64,000 nucleotides of DNA from Candidatus Xenobia bacterium (lineage in GTDB: Bacteria; Vulcanimicrobiota; Xenobia; Xenobiales; QWHO01), in assembly GCA_045863235.1 (NCBI GenBank), contig BTUM01000007.1, positions 64,001 to 128,000 on the forward strand, in the 5' to 3' direction. Below the pieces are notes generated by a model that did no database searches, was not told the DNA's origin, and saw only the letters and a list, made by a program, of their open reading frames with translations. Positions 36,036 through 43,551 of the stretch are shown piece after piece. Position numbers and translations under genes: made by a program. The stretch's first letter is position 1; each line of letters opens with the position of its first letter.

Positions 36036-37351
36036 ACCAAAACCCCCAAGTCCTCGACCGGGCCGTCGCCCTGGGAATCGTCAACGCCCTGCGCTCGGGA
36101 ACCGTTCCCCCTGAAGGGCTCGAGCACTTTGCCGTGGGGCTGGACGCCCCGATGAAAGCCCTGTCCGAGCAGCGGGCCTACGTCAAGCAGGGCAAGAGCG
36201 CCTACAAGTTCATCCGGGGAAGCTACGGGTCGGGCAAGACTTTCTTGACCAGCCTGGCCGGTGCCCAGGCCCTGCAGGATGGCTTTTTGACCAGTAAAGT
36301 GGTCATCTCGGTCGCGGATACGCCTTTGTATCGGCTGAGCGAAGTCTATCGTCGTCTGTGCCAGAACCTGACCCTGCCCGGTCGCAGGGGTGGGGCCCTG
36401 CAAAGCCTGCTCGACCGCTGGCTCTACGGCCTGGAGGAGCAGGTCATCGAGGTGGACGGCGTGGACGAGAATGCACCCGAGTTCGAAGCCGCCGTGGGCC
36501 AGAAAGTGGAGCAGCACCTGGTGGCCGTCGGCCAGCGGGCGGGCCGCCTGGCTGCCTGCCTGAAGGCTTACCACGAGGCCAAGTTTCGCCAGGATTTCGA
36601 GGAGGCCCGGGGCATTCTCGACTGGATGGCGGGGGAGGCCAAAGTGGGCGCGGCCATCAAGCGGGTCGCCGGGGTCACCGGGCAGATCGACAACACCGAC
36701 GCCCTGGTCTTCTTGCGCGGCTGGCTCGAGCTGGTGCGGGCCGCCGGTCACGCCGGCATCCTGGTCATTCTCGACGAGGTGGAGACGGTGCTGCGCCTGC
36801 GCCGTCCCGAGCGGCTCAAGAGCCTGGAGGTGCTGCGGCAGCTGGTGGACGCCCAGGATAACCAGGAATTCCCCGGTCTACACCTGCTCATTACCGGCAC
36901 GCCCGATTTCTTTGACAGCCCGCAAGGGGTGCTCGAGCTCGAGCCCCTGCACGAGCGCATCAAGGTGCTCAAAGCCCACGATCAGCCCGAGAACCTGCGC
37001 CAGCCCCAGATCCCCCTGCGGCCCTTCGATACCGCTCGGCTCTTGCTCGCGGCCCGGCGCATTCGCGAGCTGTACCCGGCCGATCACCCCGAGCGCTTGA
37101 AAGCCAGGGTGACCGATGATGTCTTCGAGGCCATGGTCGAGCGGGTCACGCGAGGTTTCGGTGGACGGGTCGAAGTCGTGCCGCGTCTGTTCTTGCGCGA
37201 GGTCGTCAACCTGCTCGACCTGGTGGATCAGCATGAGAGCTACGCGCCGATGCGCGACTACAGCTTCGACGAGAGCGCGGTGAAGACGCTGGCCCTGGCT
37301 CCCGAGGAGGAGGAAGCCCTCAGCGGTGCTGTGCGCGAAGTGGTGCTGTGA
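36032..37351 (+). CDS. brxD: BrxD/DUF2791 family P-loop ATPase
   Basis: IVNALRSGTVP..GL..FAVGL, Walker A RGSYGSGKT, Walker B ILDEVE, ITGTP.FF and PRLFLR motifs. Confidence 0.85.
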   Translation: MNQNPQVLDRAVALGIVNALRSGTVPPEGLEHFAVGLDAPMKALSEQRAYVKQGKSAYKFIRGSYGSGKTFLTSLAGAQALQDGFLTSKVVISVADTPLYRLSEVYRRLCQNLTLPGRRGGALQSLLDRWLYGLEEQVIEVDGVDENAPEFEAAVGQKVEQHLVAVGQRAGRLAACLKAYHEAKFRQDFEEARGILDWMAGEAKVGAAIKRVAGVTGQIDNTDALVFLRGWLELVRAAGHAGILVILDEVETVLRLRRPERLKSLEVLRQLVDAQDNQEFPGLHLLITGTPDFFDSPQGVLELEPLHERIKVLKAHDQPENLRQPQIPLRPFDTARLLLAARRIRELYPADHPERLKARVTDDVFEAMVERVTRGFGGRVEVVPRLFLREVVNLLDLVDQHESYAPMRDYSFDESAVKTLALAPEEEEALSGAVREVVL

Positions 37352-39450
37352 CCTCGGCGCCCCCCAGCGCCTTCTTCCAGCTCTCCGAGCGAATGCGCCA
37401 CGGCCTGGTCCACCGACTGGGATGGCGCTCCTTGCGTCCGGTGCAAGAGGTCAGCTTCCCGCCCATCCTGGCGGGCGAGAATGTGCTGGTTCTGGCCCCC
37501 ACCGCCGGAGGCAAGACCGAGGCTGCCGTTCTGCCTGTGCTGGACCGACTGGGAACCGGGTTGGGCGCCCTGTTTCTCTCTCCTCTGCGGGCCCTGCTCA
37601 ACAACCAGGAGCCGCGCCTCAAGGAGCTCGCCTCCCTGGTCGGGCTGGAGGTCTTCAAGTGGCACGGGGACGTTTCCGCCCATCTCAAGAAGCGGGTACA
37701 GGCCCACCTCTTGATGATCACGCCCGAGTCGCTGGAGGTCATCCTGACCTCGGGCCGGGGCGAGATGTTGAGCGAACTTTCCTGCGTCATCGTGGATGAG
37801 ATCCACGCTTTCGCTGGAGATGACAGGGGAGACCATCTCCTGTGCCTGCTCGAGCGCCTGCGCGCCTACACTCCCCACGATTTCCAGCGCATCGGCCTGT
37901 CGGCCACGGTGGGAAATCCCGAGACGCTGTGTGAGTGGCTGCAGGGGTCGAGTCAGCGCCCGCGTCGGGTCGTGTCGCCCACGCGTGAGCCCGGTCGCCG
38001 CTTGATCGAGATCCACCCTCATGAGGAGTTCCAGGACCCGATTCGCACCGCGGCCCGTCTGGCCCGGGGCAAGAAGTCGCTCTTCTTCGCCGAGTCGCGG
38101 GGCAAGGTGGAGCGGGTTCGTGGGCAGCTCCAGGAGCTGGGGGTGCAGGCACTGGTGCACCACTCCTCGCTATCGCGCGAGGTGCGCGAGGCCACCGAGC
38201 AGGCCTTTCGCTCCGGCAGTAACTGTGCCATCGTGTGTACCCGCACCCTGGAGCTGGGATTGGACGTCGGGGACCTCGACCTGGTGCTGCAGCTCGACGC
38301 TCCCACTACGGTCTCGGGGTTTCTCCAGCGCCTCGGACGCACCGGGCGGCGCGACGGGGCGCGCGGGCACATGGCTTTCTGCACCGATGACCGTTGGAGC
38401 TTCCTCAGAGCCATCTCCCTGATTTCCCTGGCTGCCAAGGGGGTGGTCGAGCCGGTGCGCCCCTCGCGCTTTTCGCCCCATCTGTTCGTTCATCAGGTGC
38501 TCACCCGGGCGCTCGAGCAGCGCGGTCTCTCGCGCCCGGCCCTGCTGGCCACCCAGGGCTACTGTTTCTCCGACCTGACTGATTTGCAGCGCGAGCGCAT
38601 TCTCGACCACCTGCTCGAGATGGACATCCTGGCCCGGGTCGACGGGCGTCTGGTGGTAGGCCGTCAGGGGGAGAAGGAGTTCGGACGGGGCTACTTCCGC
38701 GAGCTCTACTCGGTCTTCGAGGCCCCTCGCGAGCTGGCCGTGGAAACTCCCGACGGCAAGCGCATCGGGTCGGTGGAATGCTGGTTTGCCCAGGTGAGCG
38801 GCGATAAACCGTTCTGCTTCCTGCTGGCCGGTCGTGCCTGGCGGGCGGTTCGCTGCCTCTGGGAGCGCTCCGTTCTGCTCGTCGAGCCAGCCGGCCAGGG
38901 GGCCATCCCTTCTTGGAGCGGCGAGCTGGTGCTGCTTCATCGGGACCTGTGCCGCGAGATGCGCGCTCACCTCGTGGCCGAGGAGCCGGTCTTGTTCTTG
39001 TCCGACGCCGCTCAGGCGATCCTCGAGCGGCTGCGCTCCGAGTGGCGCCCGCTCCTTTCTCACGCCCCGGTGATCTTGGAGCGCCGTGACCAGAAAGCGA
39101 CCCTCTACACCTTTGCCGGGGGGCGCGTCAACAACGTGGTAGCAAGGCTCTACGCTCAGAGGACGGGGCTCGAGGCCCGGGCCGACAACCTGCGGGTGCG
39201 CTTTGAGATGCCCACGGATGAGGTCTGGTCCGGCCCCATGGAGCGAGTTCTGGAGGAGCTGGCCACGCCCCTCTCGGGCGAGACCCTGCAGGCCCTCGTG
39301 AAAAGCATCCCCCGCGCGCGCGCCTCGAAGTTCCAGCCCTTTTTGCCGCCCGACCTGGAGGCCGCTTTCGTAGCCGGGCGATTGTTGGACCTGGAGGGAG
39401 CCATGAGCCTGGCGGCCGAAGACCTCGGGGTGGTGACCTTCGATGCCTGA
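37348..39450 (+). CDS. Lhr-like SF2 DEAD/DEAH helicase (BrxHI-like)
   Basis: APTAGGKT, ITPESLE, DEIH, LSATVGN, TLELGLDVG and QRLGRTGR motifs. Confidence 0.92.
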   Translation: MTSAPPSAFFQLSERMRHGLVHRLGWRSLRPVQEVSFPPILAGENVLVLAPTAGGKTEAAVLPVLDRLGTGLGALFLSPLRALLNNQEPRLKELASLVGLEVFKWHGDVSAHLKKRVQAHLLMITPESLEVILTSGRGEMLSELSCVIVDEIHAFAGDDRGDHLLCLLERLRAYTPHDFQRIGLSATVGNPETLCEWLQGSSQRPRRVVSPTREPGRRLIEIHPHEEFQDPIRTAARLARGKKSLFFAESRGKVERVRGQLQELGVQALVHHSSLSREVREATEQAFRSGSNCAIVCTRTLELGLDVGDLDLVLQLDAPTTVSGFLQRLGRTGRRDGARGHMAFCTDDRWSFLRAISLISLAAKGVVEPVRPSRFSPHLFVHQVLTRALEQRGLSRPALLATQGYCFSDLTDLQRERILDHLLEMDILARVDGRLVVGRQGEKEFGRGYFRELYSVFEAPRELAVETPDGKRIGSVECWFAQVSGDKPFCFLLAGRAWRAVRCLWERSVLLVEPAGQGAIPSWSGELVLLHRDLCREMRAHLVAEEPVLFLSDAAQAILERLRSEWRPLLSHAPVILERRDQKATLYTFAGGRVNNVVARLYAQRTGLEARADNLRVRFEMPTDEVWSGPMERVLEELATPLSGETLQALVKSIPRARASKFQPFLPPDLEAAFVAGRLLDLEGAMSLAAEDLGVVTFDA

Positions 39451-39781
39451 GCCGAAAAAGTTTGCTCTGAGTGCTGATGAGATCCGTCCTCTGGTTTCGG
39501 GGCGGGGCGCCTGTTTTGCCAGCGATCGGATCACCGTGGACGGGAGCCGGGTCGGCTACTGCTATCGAGAAGAGCCCGACAACGAGGTGGATAGTGGCTG
39601 GAGGTTCCTGGCCGGGGATGAGACGGACGCTTACATGGAGGACGTCGCCAATCACGGTGTTTACGACGTGAACACGATTGCCAACTACGACCCGGACATC
39701 ATCGCCCTGCTCGATTCTCCCATCGGCTCGGAGTTTGCGCGGGATCGGGCCAGCGGGGAGTTCCGGACCCTCCCGGGCTAG
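39443..39781 (+). CDS. DUF2185/Imm33-like protein
   Basis: VGYCYREEP...DSGWRFLAGDE...YDVNTIANYDP; start overlaps the helicase stop. Confidence 0.85.
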   Translation: MPEPKKFALSADEIRPLVSGRGACFASDRITVDGSRVGYCYREEPDNEVDSGWRFLAGDETDAYMEDVANHGVYDVNTIANYDPDIIALLDSPIGSEFARDRASGEFRTLPG

Positions 39782-39855
39782 GAGCGCAGCCGGAAACCCC
39801 CTTGACACGACCTACTGTGGTGTCCTCTAAACCTCGTCGCTTTGACCGTGCCAGG

Positions 39856-40350
39856 TTAAAGGAGACGGCCGAGCAGGGCGGGCTCGTCGGAGGGCTTGTG
39901 GAAGATCGAGTCGACCTCCAAGACGCCGTAGGTGTCGAAAGCCTTGACATCGTTGGGCCGCCGGGCGCTGTAAAGGATGCCCTCGATGTCTTGCTGCTGG
40001 AATTCGTCAAGCAGGCGCTCGGCCCGGTCGCTGGTGCAGAAATTGGGATCGCACCCCTCGAGAATGGTATCCAGCAGTTGCTTGCGGTAGTCGCTGGGAG
40101 GTCGCTGGCTCAACAGCTCGAGAAAGTTCAGGCCGTTGATGCGCTCTTGAAGGTCGGCCAGGTCGAGGTCGAAGTCCGAGACGATCGCTCGGAGACGCGA
40201 GAGCTTACCGTCCTCGTGGGCTGCCAGGAGCGTCTGCAAGGCTTCACAGGGGCTATCCACGACCCGGCAGCGCAGCTTCTTGGAGCGCAAACGTAAGACA
40301 GCGCGCTCGATCAGTTCAGGCTCATTTTCGATCCACAGTACCCAGGCCAT
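39856..40350 (-). CDS. Divergent stand-alone response regulator receiver-like protein
   Basis: VLWIENE, IVSDFDL, NGL, ILYSA and IFHKP map onto the receiver fold, with an insertion. Confidence 0.6.
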   Translation of the reverse strand: MAWVLWIENEPELIERAVLRLRSKKLRCRVVDSPCEALQTLLAAHEDGKLSRLRAIVSDFDLDLADLQERINGLNFLELLSQRPPSDYRKQLLDTILEGCDPNFCTSDRAERLLDEFQQQDIEGILYSARRPNDVKAFDTYGVLEVDSIFHKPSDEPALLGRLL

Positions 40351-40389
40351 GACTCCCGGGATATCTACACCTGCCCCGGATCTCCTGCT

Positions 40390-40881
40390 TCAGACGTTGT
40401 GCTCGCTGCGGGCCGACCGTCTCTGGTAGTCGATCTCGGTGAGGATCTCCTCGAACTGAGGGAAAAAAAATTGCTCGATCCGGGCGAAGGACGTCCCGTC
40501 GCTGACCGTGGCCACCATGAAGCTGCCCTTGATCCTCTGGGGCTTGAGCAGGGTGACGTTGCGCCAGCGGATAGCCAGCTCTTGCTTTCCATTCTCGTAG
40601 AGCAGGCAGTCGGGCCGGAGGGTGAATCGCTTGCCGCGGTATGCATTGAAGGCCAGGACGGGCAACAGCAGCAAGAGCAGGGACATCCCAATGGGTAGAT
40701 AGCCTGCGATGAGACGGAGACCGGGCTCATTCAATTGCTTGGGGATTCCAATGTTCAGCTCGTAAACCCCGGCGGCGATCCCCAGCAGGCTTACCACCAC
40801 AGCAGCGATGGCAAAGGGCCAGAATCGCTTCATGTTGGCCTGATAGACTTTGAATTGAGGTTCCTGCTTCTTCGGAGGCAC
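40390..40881 (-). CDS. Hypothetical two-TM membrane protein
   Basis: Two hydrophobic segments followed by a soluble beta domain; start at GTG 40881 or ATG 40833. Confidence 0.7.
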   Translation of the reverse strand: MPPKKQEPQFKVYQANMKRFWPFAIAAVVVSLLGIAAGVYELNIGIPKQLNEPGLRLIAGYLPIGMSLLLLLLPVLAFNAYRGKRFTLRPDCLLYENGKQELAIRWRNVTLLKPQRIKGSFMVATVSDGTSFARIEQFFFPQFEEILTEIDYQRRSARSEHNV

Positions 40882-40983
40882 CAGTTTTCTTTCGGGGTAA
40901 TGCCGATGCTTCCCTACCCTAGCTAGCAACAGGATTCGCGTCACCAGAAGAGAAAAAACCTCCAAGTAAGACAGGAGGCCAGG

Positions 40984-41397
40984 ATGCAAGTTCGCCGCCG
41001 GCGAGGGTTCACACTGATCGAGCTCATGATCGTGTTGATGATCTTCGTCATCCTGTTGACCTTGATGATGCCCAGCCTGATCAAGGCCCGCTACCGGGCC
41101 CAGCTGACCGCCTGCATGGATACTGTCAAGCATGTCGCTACCGCTCTCGAGCAGTATTCGGTGGACAACAAGGTCTACCCCATAGCGCTCGATCCCACCT
41201 TCACCAAGGCCTATCTCAATCGCACCAAAGTGGTGTGTCCCAGCTCGCAGCAAGACTATTCCTACCAGGTCGACAATGTGGAGCACAGCTTCACCATCTA
41301 CTGCGGGACGGGCATGCACGAAGTGGCCCTGCCGGGCGTGGTCCTCAGCGGTTACCCCCAATTCTCGCATCATCTCGGCTCGGTGATGCTCAAGTAA
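40984..41397 (+). CDS. Type IV pilin/pseudopilin (GspG-like)
   Basis: RRRRG-FTLIELM prepilin cleavage motif; AGGAGG RBS. Confidence 0.92.
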   Translation: MQVRRRRGFTLIELMIVLMIFVILLTLMMPSLIKARYRAQLTACMDTVKHVATALEQYSVDNKVYPIALDPTFTKAYLNRTKVVCPSSQQDYSYQVDNVEHSFTIYCGTGMHEVALPGVVLSGYPQFSHHLGSVMLK

Positions 41398-41422
41398 AGT
41401 GCAAGGCTTCTGGTCTTGCACT
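41398..41422 (+). terminator. Stem-loop after the pilin gene
   Basis: AGTGCAAGGC-TTCTG-GTCTTGCACT inverted repeat; no strong U-tract. Confidence 0.45.
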
Positions 41423-41626
41423 GTGCAGCGCGCCGTCGTCTGATTCAGGGCGGCGCTCGTTGAAGTCAGACAATCTGTTGAACGGCGCCACGCTACAGCC
41501 TCAGGTCAAACGCGGGCGTGTAGAAGGCGAGCACATTCGCTCGAGGGGAACTGTTCACCCCTTTTTCACAAAATTCGGGGCCGGCTCGCTTATGCTCCCG
41601 CCAGACAAGCAGGCAGGAGGAACCCC

Positions 41627-42322
41627 GTGCAAGCCGCAGCCCTGGCATTTCGGCCCGCTCTGGCGCTCACCAGCGCGGGCACGCAGACGTGGAAGAACGG
41701 CGTCGTGCACACGGACGGCTCGGCTGATGTGTATGAGCTTCCCAGCCAGACTCCGGGCGTGGCACAGCGCATCGAGGTGCGGCCAGTCCTGTGGGGCCTG
41801 CTGGGCAAAGAGGTGACGGCCACCGATTGTCAGGGCAAGCCGCTGCAGGCAACTCGGGATTGGAGTGGACTGGTGACGCGCGATCCGCGCTCGGGCCTGG
41901 AGACCGTGCTTGACCCGAAGGCCCGGACGATCACCGTTTCAACTCCGATGGTGCGCGAGAAGCTCGAAGACAAGAATAACTTCCAGCGGGACAGCTATCA
42001 TCGGGAGGCCCGTCAGGAGGTCGATGACCAGGGCAACTGCCGCTATGTGAGCAATCTGCACGGTGAGAGCGAGGCCGTCATGATCTCCATGGTGCGCGAG
42101 ATGCCTCCCAACCAGCGCTGCGTAACCCGTGACAGCAAGAGTTGGGAAGAAACCACGCTGTCTCCGGGTCGAGCGCCGGAGACCCGGCGGCTGAGCTCGG
42201 AGCAGCACACGGGACCGCGTCTTGAAGCAACCCTCTCCAGCTCGCTCTCACTCGATGGCAAGCTGGTCGTGGTGGGCGACGACGGGGTCACCCGAACCTA
42301 CGAGATGTTTCTGAAGGTCTGA
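41627..42322 (+). CDS. Hypothetical protein
   Basis: AGGAGG RBS + GTG; 231 aa; no recognisable motif. Confidence 0.7.
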   Translation: MQAAALAFRPALALTSAGTQTWKNGVVHTDGSADVYELPSQTPGVAQRIEVRPVLWGLLGKEVTATDCQGKPLQATRDWSGLVTRDPRSGLETVLDPKARTITVSTPMVREKLEDKNNFQRDSYHREARQEVDDQGNCRYVSNLHGESEAVMISMVREMPPNQRCVTRDSKSWEETTLSPGRAPETRRLSSEQHTGPRLEATLSSSLSLDGKLVVVGDDGVTRTYEMFLKV

Positions 42323-42326
42323 AGCC

Positions 42327-42956
42327 ATGGCAGTGCTCACCCTGATCGCCACCTGCCTGGGAATTTTTTTGTCCATCTTGAACCTGATCGTCTTCTTGCG
42401 CGAAAAAGACCGCAGCTACCTCAAGCTGGCTCTGTCGGTCGTCTTCCTGGGTGGAGCCCTGGTGACCTGTTTGACCCTGCCAGGCTTTGCGCCCGACCTG
42501 GCCCGGCGCTTCGCTCGGCAGCTCCCCGACCACCATCTGGTGCGCCTCTGGCTCTCCCAAGCTGGCTCCGGCGAGCACCCGCCTGACGCTTCGCCTCTTC
42601 GCGGCTCGTTCACGCCCGAGTTGCAGCACAACCTGTTCGGTGGCATCTCGGGACTCAAGCTCAAGTTTCGTTTTGTCTCCCTGCATTCGGTTCGGGCCCG
42701 GGTGCTGGGGTACCGCCTCCGGATCGAGCCCGAGCGCGGTCAGGCAGAGTTGAGCTACGAGCGCTTGCTTTCCGAGCCCCTGGTGGTCGAGCCTCATGAA
42801 ACGGGTCTGGTCGAAGTTGAAGTGGACCGGGAGATTCTCGAGGCCTACTTCCGACGGATGGATGCGGCCAATCCGGGCAGGATCTCCATTACCTGGCAGG
42901 GGGCCGACGAGCGAGGTCAGAGCTTCGACTTTTCCGCCGAAGGCGGTACGACTTGA
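42327..42956 (+). CDS. Hypothetical membrane protein
   Basis: Two N-terminal TM helices; starts 4 nt after the previous stop. Confidence 0.75.
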   Translation: MAVLTLIATCLGIFLSILNLIVFLREKDRSYLKLALSVVFLGGALVTCLTLPGFAPDLARRFARQLPDHHLVRLWLSQAGSGEHPPDASPLRGSFTPELQHNLFGGISGLKLKFRFVSLHSVRARVLGYRLRIEPERGQAELSYERLLSEPLVVEPHETGLVEVEVDREILEAYFRRMDAANPGRISITWQGADERGQSFDFSAEGGTT

Positions 42957-43034
42957 GGCCGCGCGTTGATCTTCAGCAGTAGGCAATGAGCGCTCAAGGC
43001 CGGGCGAGCCTGCTGCTCGGCTCCCTGGTGAGGC

Positions 43035-43550
43035 TCAGACGTTGAGTTGTTCCATGTAGACCATTCGCTTGCGTTGCTCGCGAACCAGGCCCCAGATCGT
43101 CTCCTTCATCTTCTCCGGGTGGGGGATTCCCCGCATGGCCAGGTCGGGCTCGGTCTTGTCGGTGCTGATCAGGTGCAGATCGCCCACCTTGAAGAGCCGG
43201 TTCCAAAAGGTCTGGTTGAAGTTGATGTCCTCGACCCTGACCAGCTTGAGGTCCTCGGAACTGCGGCCGAAGACGCCTGAAGTCACCGTCAAGCGCTCGC
43301 TGGTCAGCCGATAGTGTCGGTTGGCCTTGCGATACCAGGCCACCCCAAGAAAGATCACAATCGGGACCACGAGCAGGAACCCGATGAACCACCACAGATT
43401 CAAGAGCGAGCTGGCGGCGCAGGTTCCCTCCCAGACCAGGCGCTCGGGCTCATCGGTGGGGGCCGGAGCGTGCGCTTGCATGGACTTGCCGCAATGGTTG
43501 CAGAACTGCGAGCCGTCGGGGTTATCCTTCAGACAGGCGGGGCAGTTCAA
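43035..43550 (-). CDS. Zinc-ribbon + bacterial PH (bPH_2) domain membrane protein
   Basis: CPAC..N....FCNHCG, one TM, and YRLTSERL..G...RVEDI..Q.FWNRLFKVGDL. Confidence 0.85.
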   Translation of the reverse strand: MNCPACLKDNPDGSQFCNHCGKSMQAHAPAPTDEPERLVWEGTCAASSLLNLWWFIGFLLVVPIVIFLGVAWYRKANRHYRLTSERLTVTSGVFGRSSEDLKLVRVEDINFNQTFWNRLFKVGDLHLISTDKTEPDLAMRGIPHPEKMKETIWGLVREQRKRMVYMEQLNV

Positions 43551-43551
43551 G

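Noticed and set aside
34320..39450. Complete type 2 BREX system
   Set aside because: No pglW, pglX, pglY or pglZ is recognisable in the window.
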